From assembly GCA_963845065.1 (NCBI GenBank), contig CAWJQQ010000008.1, positions 512,001-576,000 of the forward strand: 64,000 nt of DNA, in the 5' to 3' direction. Within the stretch, counting starts at the first letter, position 1. The number at the start of each line of letters is the position of its first letter. The position numbers and the translations under genes were made by a program. The notes beneath the pieces were generated by a model that was not told the origin of the DNA, made no database searches, and saw nothing but the letters and a program-made list of their open reading frames with translations. Source of the stretch: Nitrospirota bacterium (GTDB lineage: Bacteria > Nitrospirota > UBA9217). Shown here in pieces: positions 19,943 to 30,466 of this stretch.

Positions 19943-20896
19943 ATGGAGGGTGAAATGGACTCCCGGGATATACACGTAGTTACAGGCGCATTCGGGTTCT
20001 CAGGGAAATATATAACAGAACGGCTTCTTTCCGCCGGACATGAAGTCCGAACACTGACAAATTCATTCAACCGCGAGAATCCTTTTAGTGGGCGCGTTAC
20101 CGCCTATCCCTATAATTTCGACGATCGGGAGAAGCTGATTGAATCGCTGAACGGTGCGTCTGTCTTGTACAATAATTATTGGGTACGATTTAATCACCGA
20201 AACTTCTCTTATGCACTGGCCGTAGAAAACAGTCTGAAACTATTCGATGCCGCGAAACACGCTGGTATCAAACGCATCGTGCATATTAGTATAACCAACC
20301 CTTCGCTTGACTCGCCGTTCGAATACTTCAGTGGGAAAGCCAAACTGGAAAAAGCGATCATTGAGTCTGGGATGTCATATGCTATACTGCGGCCTGCGGT
20401 GATTTTTGGCAAGGAAGATATCCTGATCAATAATATCGCCTGGTTTTTGAGAAGGTTTCCGGTCTTTGGCGTATTCGGCGATGGAAAGTATCGTCTCCAG
20501 CCAATTTTTGTCGATGATCTGGCAGAGTTGGCGGTAGAGCAAGGCCGAAAAACGGAAAACATTATTATTAATGCTATCGGACCTGAGACGTTTACCTATC
20601 GTGAACTGGCTGCAGAAATAGCAAAGGCAATCGGCAGACAAAGACCAATTATTCCCGTGCCTCCACTCAAGGGATTTATATTAGGCAAGTTTGTAGGCTT
20701 CTTCCATCATGATGTTACGATAACTTATGATGAGATCCGCGGACTCATGGCTGACCTACTGTACACAGATTCACCGCCTAGTGGAAAAACGAAGTTAACG
20801 GAGTGGTTGAAAGATAATTCGGCGTATATCGGCTTGCGCTATAGTAATGAGTTGAAGAGAAGATACAATGGGATAAAGCCCTATCGAACACTTTGA
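19943..20896 (+). CDS. NAD(P)-binding atypical SDR/epimerase (NDUFA9-like)
   Basis: VTGAFGFSG, YFSGK, LRPAVIFG, QPIFVDD. Confidence 0.85.
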   Translation: MEGEMDSRDIHVVTGAFGFSGKYITERLLSAGHEVRTLTNSFNRENPFSGRVTAYPYNFDDREKLIESLNGASVLYNNYWVRFNHRNFSYALAVENSLKLFDAAKHAGIKRIVHISITNPSLDSPFEYFSGKAKLEKAIIESGMSYAILRPAVIFGKEDILINNIAWFLRRFPVFGVFGDGKYRLQPIFVDDLAELAVEQGRKTENIIINAIGPETFTYRELAAEIAKAIGRQRPIIPVPPLKGFILGKFVGFFHHDVTITYDEIRGLMADLLYTDSPPSGKTKLTEWLKDNSAYIGLRYSNELKRRYNGIKPYRTL

Positions 20897-21059
20897 CGAT
20901 TGGAATAAATGAGTTAGCAGGATGACAATTACAGAATGAAGGTTATACTCTTGAAACAACTGCGCCATATGCACAGTACAGGATGATCTTGTTGCAGCAA
21001 ACTTCTGCTGGAATTCAATACTTTTTAATGATCCTCATGCTCCAGTCGCCTTCAGAGGT

Positions 21060-21722
21060 TCACTTTTCCCCAGCTATTTGGCCGAGAACAAGCCTCGTCC
21101 CGAGTTCATACGCGTTACGGCAGTCCTGGGGGAATACGTCTTTGCGCCGCTCGGCCTTCTTTACAGTATCGTAAGTCTCCATCAGAATTTTCGAGTAATC
21201 GTCTAGTTGGTAAGTGTCGAAACAGCACAGTGATTCGCAGCTTCCTAGGATCGTGCCCAGATAATGTTCGTGGTTCTTGAAAATATACTCGTAACCACGC
21301 GTCCTGCTCTGTTCTTCTGAAGAGTTCATCGTATATATGAATTCTGTTGCCATCTTTTTCGGGAACAGGGTTCCGATGGGTACGGTATAGGCGAGGAAGG
21401 GAAAGACCAGGCGCTCCAGGAAAGAGCGTATTTCTCCCGTAACCGATCCGAGATAGATCGGTGATCCGATAACCAGTGCGTCAGCGTCAGCAATTTTCTT
21501 CAGGACAGGCGACAAACCGTCTTTCACATTGCACAGGCCGTAACTCTTGCCGCCTTTTGTCTTGCACGCAAAACAACTCCTGCATCCCTTGAAGTCGAGG
21601 TCATAAAGGTGGACCAGTTCGGTCGTGGCGCCAGTAGCAGCAGCGCCTTCCAGAGCCTTCGTCACCAAAACGGCTGTGTTCCAGCTTTTTCTTGGGCTAC
21701 CGTTGACACCGATGATTTTCAT
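21060..21722 (-). CDS. Iron-sulfur flavoprotein / NADPH-dependent FMN reductase (flavodoxin-like)
   Basis: NGSPRKSWNT, CRSCFAC..C, GSPIY. Confidence 0.88.
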   Translation of the reverse strand: MKIIGVNGSPRKSWNTAVLVTKALEGAAATGATTELVHLYDLDFKGCRSCFACKTKGGKSYGLCNVKDGLSPVLKKIADADALVIGSPIYLGSVTGEIRSFLERLVFPFLAYTVPIGTLFPKKMATEFIYTMNSSEEQSRTRGYEYIFKNHEHYLGTILGSCESLCCFDTYQLDDYSKILMETYDTVKKAERRKDVFPQDCRNAYELGTRLVLGQIAGEK

Positions 21723-21906
21723 AGCAAACTCCTTGTACTCTTTGATGCTGAAGAAAGGTAATTAAGTTGGCGTTAACATATTTGAGTTGAAACTTGTAAA
21801 ATCGATATGGTACGGCTGTCCACATGTCCAGGATGATGCTGTTGACAGAAAATCTTATCACAAAATGCACTCATTTAAAGGCACCTGTAAAGAAAAAAAA
21901 CTATCT

Positions 21907-21939
21907 CTTTGACGAGAAAATGTAATTTTCTCGTCAAAG
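21907..21939. repeat. Perfect 15-bp inverted repeat (terminator or operator)
   Basis: CTTTGACGAGAAAAT-GTA-ATTTTCTCGTCAAAG. Confidence 0.8.
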
Positions 21940-22319
21940 TTTTGTTTAAGCTATTATCATGTTTCAAACTGTAGGTGAGTGTAGAACGATTAGACAGGGG
22001 CTAACAACTACACCTACTATCATGGAATGTCAGCAATATGACAGGGGTGAAGAATGCCGGGTTGTAACTTACATGTGAAGGCACACGCGAGGCGCGGTAT
22101 TCGTGACAGTCATAATTATTTTCTCCTCTTTTCCCACTTTCCCCATGTGAGACCACTACAACTCATGTTGATATCCTTTAATACGTTATCGATTGGTTCT
22201 CGAGTCCCAGCAATATGTACTTCTGTTAGTTTACGAGCATCTTTCTAACCCATGCCGCCGAAAACCCACAGTCACGGACAAAGTAGAAATAACATTTAAA
22301 GCTGAGCCACTGAATGATT

Positions 22320-22994
22320 TTAATGACAAGCCAAACCTGCCAAATACGAGCCGTCCTGATTCCTACTCACCCACTGTACCGATGCGGTGCGGCATGCGAT
22401 AATAGGGTGTGCCGTATCGACGCATATTGATTGTTTTGTCATGAGAGGGACTGCAAGCTTGAGGCAGAGTCCGCCGTCGCTCATATTTATCGTCATTCCG
22501 TTCACGAGTTCCTTAGTGTGATTCACTAGACATCGTACCTTGCAATGAGTTACATGCCGCGTTTCTTTTCTCCGGGAGCCTAACGACACCGACAAATCCA
22601 TCCTTTTTTCACACTTGTCCAGCCATTCTAAAACTTCAGAGAATTCGATCGGTTTTTGAAAGAATGCGTATCCCCGTCGCTTTATCTGCTTATAACTTTC
22701 CTCATCAATGTTTCCCGACATCACTGCTTTGCTCTCTCTCCTTAACTTGCATCCGTGCTTCGATTGTTCCTGGAGCAACTCAAGACCATTCATGCCGGGC
22801 ATCTTGAAGTCCGTGATAATAACATCAGCACATGGGCTATCCGTGCTGCAGAAATTCCTTTTCTCATCACAAATAGGACAAACAACAGGCCTAGTATAAG
22901 AGATTACCTCATAATTCCTCGTAGAAAAGAAATCTTTTAACATGTTCACAATAATCTCTTCGTCATCAATAACGACAGCTCTCCGTTTCCTCAT
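22320..22994 (-). CDS. Response regulator receiver plus PilZ domain
   Basis: VIDDEE, ITDFKMPGMNG, FQKP; PilZ RRKETR..NMSDGG. Confidence 0.85.
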   Translation of the reverse strand: MRKRRAVVIDDEEIIVNMLKDFFSTRNYEVISYTRPVVCPICDEKRNFCSTDSPCADVIITDFKMPGMNGLELLQEQSKHGCKLRRESKAVMSGNIDEESYKQIKRRGYAFFQKPIEFSEVLEWLDKCEKRMDLSVSLGSRRKETRHVTHCKVRCLVNHTKELVNGMTINMSDGGLCLKLAVPLMTKQSICVDTAHPIIACRTASVQWVSRNQDGSYLAGLACH

Positions 22995-23180
22995 GTGGCC
23001 GCTCCTTTGGCACGTTGTTGACGGCAGATGTATTTAGGTTAGTATTATAAGCTATATCGGAGAAACGACAAGGTAGGCGCCCACACCCTTGAACCCTGCC
23101 TTAGTTGCGGGAGTTCATACAAACAGAGCCCCGACGTAGGCAGCTATCATGTGCCGAGCTTACGCCTACAGAATTTTTTG

Positions 23181-23794
23181 CTATCGTTGCATTTCTTTCT
23201 TCTTGCCTGCCGTGATAAGCAGGTCATTTTTTGCCTTGCGAATCATTATTGAATATGACGCCGGGACAATAATTGCAGCATTTTGCATTTGGGCGCTAAG
23301 AGTCTGGCTCGTAAGGTCAATGGGGCCAATAAAATCATTCGCTTCGAAATTCTCGCCTGTTTCGACGTTGATCAATGTAGTGTAAAAAAAATCTTTATCG
23401 TCCCATTCATACCGACCAACGATCAAAACATAATCCGAATAAAGCGCTTTGCCAGTCTCCCTTGCCATCTTCCAATTGTTCTGTTCCATTTGACGGCTTG
23501 AGACTTCTTGATCGCCAAGAATAGCTTTTATATCTTTAGTACTGACGATCTCGCTTGGCCCGATTTCTGACAGATAAGATTCTGCAAGTTCACGCTGATC
23601 TGCCTCAAATTTTTGGAATGGCACCTTCCAATCTCCATTTCCTGAATAGGCTTTGACATATACCCTCGTTTTGGCCTGAGACGGCGGCGCGGGGATTGTG
23701 CCCAAATGCAATTGAACAACCTCTGCGCATGCGGAAAAAAAATGCTAAAAAGAATCTGGTAAAGCGCAAAGCTTTTAAGGATATGGCGGATCAG
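23181..23794 (-). pseudogene. Probable lipoprotein gene frameshifted in a T8 run (23735-23742)
   Basis: GGAGG, then a signal-like frame IRHILKSFALYQILFSIFF that joins SACAEVVQLHLG (lipobox FSAC) if one T is added. Confidence 0.45.
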
Positions 23795-25090
23795 AATTAC
23801 ACCTCCAGGATCAGGCTGGCTCCTAAATTCTTAAGCTTTATAACGGAATCTCAACTAAAGTCGAATTTTGTGAACCTGACGCTAGCAATGCTTTGAAAAC
23901 CGCACAGCAGTATTCACCAGGACATAATGTGAGGTACAAACGAAATTGCAGCAGTGCGAGATACTGCAATTATTTGAAATGAAGGAGTCTTCTTGACTTT
24001 AGAGTAGTATTATTTAACAATTTGTCAAGAAATTAAATGGGGTATTTTTAGGGTATACCAACAAATACAGATTGTAACTTTATAGGTTTTTAAGAATGGC
24101 ATATACAACGACTACAGGATCAAGTAAGCCGCTCCGCGGCAGAGAAGCATAGACCGCTTCCTTCTCCCACCTTCATCTCGTTTGGTATTTTCTAAGTACT
24201 TTCCGTGCTACCATATTTCTCCATTGCAGTTCAATCTTATTTCACAAGGAGAGTATGGTCATGGAAAACTGGAACGAGAAGCTCATCAAAGCACTGCAAC
24301 TGAACGGTAAAGCCGAACGATCGCAGGCAAACTACATCCGCACAGTACGGATCCTCACCGAGCATTGTGGCAAGACCCCTGATCTCATCACCGAAGAAGA
24401 ACTTCAGGAGTATTTCCTCCATCGCAGAAATGTCAGCCAATGGGCGCCCAACACCATGAAGAGCTGCTACGCCGGGTGCCGCTTCTTCTTTGAGAACGTT
24501 CTCAAGCGTGACTGGCACATCTTCAAAATCGCCCGGGCAAAGGCCGAACAGCGGATGCCGACGGTGCTCACGATCGAAGAGGTGCACAATATCCTTGCCC
24601 ACGTCACTTCCCCTCGCAACCACACTTTTCTTTCCACCGTTTATTCTTGTGGCCTCCGGCTTATGGAAGCGCTGCAGCTCCAAGTCTCAGATATCGACAG
24701 TAGCCGCATGATGATTCACCTTCATCAAGGCAAGGGCGGGAAGGATCGCTACGTCCCACTTCCCCGAACTACACTTGAGATCTTGAGGAAGCATTGGTCT
24801 ACGCATAAAAACCCACGCCTGATATTCCCCTCGCGAGGCATATACGACAAGGGATGGGACAGCGATAAGCCGATCGGCGTCACTACAGTGCAGGCGGCGC
24901 TCCGGAAAGCAACACGCGCGGCAGGTATCCAGAAACGCGGCGTCTCTGTGCACACGCTTCGCCACTATTCCGTGTCCCGGACTATTACCAGGTAATTTCC
25001 TTCAGCCCACGTTTTCCGACTTGTAAACCACACTGACTCGGCATAGTTTGACTCCTGTAAGTAAACCTTATTGCAAGAAAGGAGTCGACT

Positions 25091-26329
25091 ATGAAGTGCA
25101 TTGTCAATGATGACGTGATTCTTTCAAGGCCGCTAGAGGGTCCACTGTCAGCTTACATTGCCGAGTTTGCGAAGTGGGCACGTGATGAGGGATACACCTT
25201 GTATTCCCGGCACCGGAAAGTTCTGCTTGCTGCGCGTTTTAGCCGTTGGCTCGGCCAGCAAACCGTCGGCGTGAACTGCATCTCATCGGATCATCTGGAT
25301 CGATACTGGCGATCTCGTACATGCCATATGCAAATTCACCGAGGAGATGCCGCCACGCTGAACCAGTTTATCAGTTTTCTGCGCCTCAATGGCGTGGTCC
25401 CCACAGAGAAGAGCCCACGGCGCGAGCTAACTCCTGTAGAGCTAGCCATAGATGTTTTCAAGTACTACTTGCGCAGTGAGCGCTCGCTGGCGGAAGCAAC
25501 CGTCGCCAATTACGTGCCGTTTATCCACAGGTTCCTCACCGATAGATTTGGCGACGGACCAGTGACGCTCTCGCGCCTGAGTGCTGGCGATGTCGTGCGA
25601 TTTGTTCAGCGCCAGGCCCTGCGCCTGCATGTAAAAAGAGCCAAACTGCTGACGTGCGCGCTGCGATCATTCCTGCGCTACACACGCTATCGTGGGGACA
25701 TCGCGCTGGACTTGGCCGCCGCAGTTCCTACCGTCGCCAGTTGGTCGATGACATCTATTCCCCGCGCAATTCCGTCGGATGCAGTGCGCCAGCTGCTTGT
25801 CTCCATCAATCGGCGTACTCCAATGGGTCGGCGCGACTATGCTATTTTGCTGCTGCTCGCGCGACTGGGACTCCGAGCAAGAGAAGTGGTACGGCTCGAT
25901 CTCGAGGACATCAACTGGAACGCCGGATATGTGAGCGTTCAAGGGAAAGGCGGTCAACGCAGTGCCCTCCCGTTACCCGCGGACGTTGGTGCTGCGATTG
26001 CCGCGTATTTGAGGGACGGACGGCCACGGAGCAGCAGTCGTCGCGTTTTTTTAAGGGCCAAAGCGCCCAAACGCGGATTTCAGTCTTCACAAGCTATCGT
26101 ATCCGTGGTTCGCCATACAATCATACGCGCCGGCATCAAGGCACCCACCAAGGGCGCGCATCAGTTTCGACATGCGCTAGCAACTGAGATGCTGCGCCAC
26201 GGAGCCTCCCTGACCCAAATTGGTGAGATATTGCGGCATCGCAGTACTCAGACCACGATGATTTACACCAAGGTCGATCTCGATGCGCTTCGCACGCTGG
26301 CCTTGTCGTGGCCGGGAGGTGCGCAATGA
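25091..26329 (+). CDS. ritA: RIT tyrosine recombinase A
   Basis: LGLRARE, GKGG, HQFRH, LRHRS..TMIY. Confidence 0.88.
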   Translation: MKCIVNDDVILSRPLEGPLSAYIAEFAKWARDEGYTLYSRHRKVLLAARFSRWLGQQTVGVNCISSDHLDRYWRSRTCHMQIHRGDAATLNQFISFLRLNGVVPTEKSPRRELTPVELAIDVFKYYLRSERSLAEATVANYVPFIHRFLTDRFGDGPVTLSRLSAGDVVRFVQRQALRLHVKRAKLLTCALRSFLRYTRYRGDIALDLAAAVPTVASWSMTSIPRAIPSDAVRQLLVSINRRTPMGRRDYAILLLLARLGLRAREVVRLDLEDINWNAGYVSVQGKGGQRSALPLPADVGAAIAAYLRDGRPRSSSRRVFLRAKAPKRGFQSSQAIVSVVRHTIIRAGIKAPTKGAHQFRHALATEMLRHGASLTQIGEILRHRSTQTTMIYTKVDLDALRTLALSWPGGAQ

Positions 26330-27261
26330 ACACGCTTCGTGCGGCCGTGCATGATTACCTGACCATGCGACGCAACTTGGGATTCAAGCTGCATGAGGCT
26401 GGAAAACTGTTGCCCGCATTCGTGACGTTCATGGAGCAACGCCGTGCCTCATATATCACGCCCCAGTTGGCGCTCACCTGGGCGCAACAATCGTCGACAG
26501 TGCAACCAGCTGAGTGGGCGCGAAGACTGAGTGTCGTGCGCACTTTTGCGCGCCATCGCAGTGCGACCGATCCACGCACGCAGATTCCGCCGGAGGGCTT
26601 GTTGCCCTACCGACCCAAGCGGGCGCGACCGTACCTGTACACGGCCGAGGAGATAGAGAGCCTATTGCGCGCGGCGCTTTTGCTACCCGATAGAGAAGGA
26701 TTACGACCATGGACTTACTATTGCCTGTTTGGGCTGCTTACTGTCGCAGGTCTCCGTCTCGGCGAAGCGCGCAACCTCGAGCTTCGTGATGTTGATCTCA
26801 AGACGAGTGTGCTGACGATCCGGAGTGGCAAGTTCGGCAAATCCCGCTTGATCCCCATCCATGCATCTACTCGCCGCGTGCTTGCCGATTACATCAAGCG
26901 ACGTGAGCGACAGTGGGCTGCGCGGAAGGTGTCCCCTTATCTGTTTGTCTCTAACCGGGGCAATCGGTTGGGTAACAAAAATATCCACAAGACGTTTTAT
27001 GCATTATCCCGCCAGATCGGTTTGCGTGGCCAAAGTGACAGCCATGGGCCACGTCTCCATGATCTGAGACATCGCTTTGCGGTAATGACGCTGTTACGCT
27101 GGTACCAATCCGGCGAGGACGTCGAGCGACGGCTGCCCATCTTATCTGCCTACCTTGGTCATGTTCATGTCAATGATACGTTTTGGTACCTCAGTGCCTG
27201 GCCTGAGCTGATGCGTGAGGCGATGTCCCGCCTGGAGAGACGATGGGAGGAACAGCCATGA
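26326..27261 (+). CDS. ritB: RIT tyrosine recombinase B
   Basis: GLRLGE, GKFGKSR, HDLRH, YLGH..TFWY. Confidence 0.88.
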   Translation: MNTLRAAVHDYLTMRRNLGFKLHEAGKLLPAFVTFMEQRRASYITPQLALTWAQQSSTVQPAEWARRLSVVRTFARHRSATDPRTQIPPEGLLPYRPKRARPYLYTAEEIESLLRAALLLPDREGLRPWTYYCLFGLLTVAGLRLGEARNLELRDVDLKTSVLTIRSGKFGKSRLIPIHASTRRVLADYIKRRERQWAARKVSPYLFVSNRGNRLGNKNIHKTFYALSRQIGLRGQSDSHGPRLHDLRHRFAVMTLLRWYQSGEDVERRLPILSAYLGHVHVNDTFWYLSAWPELMREAMSRLERRWEEQP

Positions 27262-28256
27262 TCACTCCTACCAGCCTCGCTCCCTTGTTGGAACGGTTCT
27301 TCACACAACGGCTCATGCAGCAGCGGCAGGTCAGTCCGCATACTATCAGTTCGTATCGCGATACCTTCCGACTGTTTCTACTGTTTGTGCAGCAGCGGTT
27401 GCACATACCACCTGAGCGGCTCATGCTCGCGGCGATCGATGCGCCGTTGATCGTGGCGTTTCTTGATCACTTGGAGAAGCATCGAGGTCTGAGCGCACGT
27501 AGCCGCAATCTACGGTTGACCGCCATCCACTCCTTCTTTCGGTATGCCGCATTCGAAGCGCCGACTCATGCCGACCAGATCCAACGTGTACTGGCTATCC
27601 CCAGCAAGCGCTTCACGCGCACCCAGATTCATTTTCTTACGCGTACAGAAGTCGAAGCGTTGCTCGCCGCGCCTGATCAACGTACCTGGTTCGGCCGACG
27701 CGATCACGCCTTCCTCTTGGTAGCGGCTCAAACTGGGCTCCGTCTGTCCGAAATGACCGGGCTGGCACACAGTGATATCATGCTCGGTACAGGTGCCCAT
27801 GTCCATGTAATCGGGAAGGGCCGAAAGGAACGGTGTGTACCGCTCGCCAAACCTACTGTCGCCGTGTTGAAAAGCTGGCTACACGAACCGGCACGCGGCG
27901 ACAGACAGGTTCTGTTTCCCAATGCCCGAGGTACGCGTCTCAGCCCTGACGGCGTACATTACCTGTTGGTCAGGCATGCCACGGCAGCTGCCAAGATATG
28001 CCCGTCGTTAAAAGAGAAACGTGTCACCGTCCATGTCCTGCGTCACACCATGGCCCTCGACCTGCTGCAGGCGGGCGTGGACCGTTCAGTCATCGCTTTG
28101 TGGCTCGGGCATGAATCCGTGGAAACGACCCAGATCTATCTGGAAGCGACACTGGCGATGAAGGAGCAGGCGCTCGGCAAAACGAAACCGCTGACTGGCA
28201 AATTCAGTCGGTATCGAGCGGGGGACCAACTCCTTGGCTTCCTCAACAATCTGTAA
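27258..28256 (+). CDS. ritC: RIT tyrosine recombinase C
   Basis: TGLRLSE, GKGRKER, HVLRH, WLGHES..TQIY. Confidence 0.88.
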   Translation: MITPTSLAPLLERFFTQRLMQQRQVSPHTISSYRDTFRLFLLFVQQRLHIPPERLMLAAIDAPLIVAFLDHLEKHRGLSARSRNLRLTAIHSFFRYAAFEAPTHADQIQRVLAIPSKRFTRTQIHFLTRTEVEALLAAPDQRTWFGRRDHAFLLVAAQTGLRLSEMTGLAHSDIMLGTGAHVHVIGKGRKERCVPLAKPTVAVLKSWLHEPARGDRQVLFPNARGTRLSPDGVHYLLVRHATAAAKICPSLKEKRVTVHVLRHTMALDLLQAGVDRSVIALWLGHESVETTQIYLEATLAMKEQALGKTKPLTGKFSRYRAGDQLLGFLNNL

Positions 28257-28570
28257 AGCCAAATAAAACTATGCCGAGTAATTTGTGAGCCCTATTCACG
28301 TTTTAAGCAGCAATATCTGGCTGTACGTAAATTGGCTCCCATCTCACTCGGCATAGTCCGGGACGCGGAATAGTGACGACTATTCCGCATGCGGCATAGT
28401 CGACATTCTTATGCCACACATTTGCTCGAATCCGGCGTAAATCTGCGCGTGATCCAGCGATATATGGGCCACTCTTGCCTTGACACCACAATGATCTATC
28501 TCCATCTGACGTCCAAGGGCCAGGAAGACGCCATCAAGCTGATCGACAACATCATGGTTGGATTTTAGCC

Positions 28571-29665
28571 ATGGAAACGATCAATGACATCTTTCGAACC
28601 TATGCTCCGGAATATTTATCACACTTTGGCAGCGCTGTACCTGATGAACACCGTAAAACGATTGCCGCCATCATCAACTGCCGTACACCGGCTTGCGGAA
28701 CGACCCTGTTCCGGTGTGAGAAATGCGGGGAACACCATACGATCCACCGCTCTTGCGGCAACCGCCATTGCCCTACGTGTCAGCATCATAAGACCAGGCA
28801 GTGGCTTGCGAAACAGCTGGATCGGCAAATGCCGGGACATCACTTCATGATCACCTTTACCGTGCCCCGGCAGATTCGCCGGTTCATGCGAATCAATCAG
28901 CGGGTCGCCTATGGGGCGCTGTTTCTCGCTTCCTCCCACGCCTTGAAAAAACTGGTTCAAGATCCTAAATTCATAGGAGGGGATCAGCCTGGGTTCTTCG
29001 GGGTGCTTCACACCTGGGGCAGAACGCTCGAGTATCATCCCCATGTCCACTACATCGCCGTGGGCGGAGCTCTTTCTTCCGGCGATAGACTCTGGCATTC
29101 TTCAGGGACTAACTTCTATGTGCCGGTCGAGGCGCTGTCCGTTATCTTCCGGGCAAAGTTCAGAGACGAAATTAAAAAGGCCGGCCTTTTTGATCAAATC
29201 CCTGATGAGGTCTGGCAGATCGCCTGGAACGTGAACTCACAGGCTGTAGGCGAGAGCGAAGCGAGTCTCAAGTATCTTGCTCCGTATGTCTTCCGGGTAG
29301 CGTTGTCGAACAACCGCATTGTGAAAGTAGAGAACCACTCGGTTTTCATCCGCTACAAGAAAAGCGGCAGTAATCGCTTTCGAACGCTGGTTCTCGATGT
29401 GATGGAATTCATGCGGCGGTTTCTCGAGCACGTCCTGCCGACGGGATTCATGAAGGTGCGGTATTATGGCTTTCTGAATCCCGCGTGCAAAGTTCCGGTC
29501 GTGGACGTCAAGGCGTTGATCGAACTTGCCTACGGATTCGAGGTGACCACTGCTGAAGCCGAGCCAAAGCCTCCACAGCCTCACCCGACTTGTGGAAGTT
29601 GCGGCGGTGCACTCAAAGTGCTGTCCTTTTCACTGCCGTACCAGTATATGGCTCGAGCCGGATAG
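28571..29665 (+). CDS. IS91-family Y2 transposase with Zn-binding N-terminus
   Basis: SCGNRHCPTC, HTWG..HPHVH (HUH), YLAPY (Y2), HVLP.GF.KVRYYG. Confidence 0.92.
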   Translation: METINDIFRTYAPEYLSHFGSAVPDEHRKTIAAIINCRTPACGTTLFRCEKCGEHHTIHRSCGNRHCPTCQHHKTRQWLAKQLDRQMPGHHFMITFTVPRQIRRFMRINQRVAYGALFLASSHALKKLVQDPKFIGGDQPGFFGVLHTWGRTLEYHPHVHYIAVGGALSSGDRLWHSSGTNFYVPVEALSVIFRAKFRDEIKKAGLFDQIPDEVWQIAWNVNSQAVGESEASLKYLAPYVFRVALSNNRIVKVENHSVFIRYKKSGSNRFRTLVLDVMEFMRRFLEHVLPTGFMKVRYYGFLNPACKVPVVDVKALIELAYGFEVTTAEAEPKPPQPHPTCGSCGGALKVLSFSLPYQYMARAG

Positions 29666-30466
29666 TACACGACGCAAATTCTTTTTGTGTCACAGCCTTC
29701 ATTGTGTATGCACTCCTGTGAGTAGCATTCGCAGCGGTAACGTACCTGTGCGTCCATTGAAGGGAATAGGGCTTGTGCAAACGTATGTGGATGATAGCAA
29801 TGCCTAGCGGTTTGACAAAAATCTTACTGGAAGCTGTTCCTTAAAACTCAACCCCTGCAATTCCGGCCTTCGCAAAAAACCACCTATCGAAGCTTTACCC
29901 TATATATAGAAGGTTTATCGGCTATCGTCCTGCCGCTTAGGGCTTCTTGAACCTTGGATTGATACGACGTGAAGATGTCGTTTCAATCCTTATAGGATGT
30001 ACTTCACGATTTAGTATGAATCGAATTAATTGCATATTCCAATATGGAAGCTTTCGAATAGCTGTTGTTGCGTGCCTATCCAAAATTAATACGTCAAACC
30101 AGATGATTTATCTTCACGAGTCTTATTTGTTCTAAAGAAAAGATTATTGCAAATCTGTAAGAATCCCTTTCACATTTTTGATGTTATCTGCGCATGCCTT
30201 TCTATGTACTTATGATATAATCTCAATTTCTAATTATTATAACGTATAAACACCCTACATTTACTATCCCTCTGCAGGCTTGACATCTTATAGTAATGGT
30301 GGTACGTTGCGAATTAAGACAATAATTATCTTGATAATGTCTGATTTTCCTTTTTACCTACAGAAGGTATGTTTTCCCAACTTTTTCCTAAATCCGTGGC
30401 ACCCGAAGATCAACCATTGAGTTTGATTCGTGTGCATCAGTGCAGTAGTAAAAAAGAGAACCACAT

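Larger units (their letters stand above)
24963..28400 (+). mobile_element. RIT (recombinase-in-trio) element
   Basis: Three tyrosine recombinases overlapping by 4 bp; IR CACTATTCCGYGTCCCGGACTAT at 24963-24985 and 28353-28375 (22/23). Confidence 0.9.
24255..28568 (+). pseudogene. Tyrosine recombinase split by RIT insertion (24255-24964 and about 28406-28568)
   Basis: N-part ends HTLRH; C-part resumes [20 protein letters not shown]; colinear with the intact paralog 38459-39334. Confidence 0.9.
24119..29996 (+). mobile_element. Tyrosine recombinase + IS91-family Y2 transposase element, copy 1 (interrupted by RIT)
   Basis: Left end ATCAAGTAAGCCGCTCCGCGGCAG; right end CCCTATATATAG..CTGCCGC..GGGCTT-CTTGAAC plus hairpin, both shared with copy 2. 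Confidence 0.8.

Noticed and set aside
14757..24057. Shared motif TTTGTCAA..AATGGG(G)TATTTT.AGGGTATA at 14757 and 24020
   Set aside because: Only two short AT-rich copies; probably promoter-related and too weak to interpret
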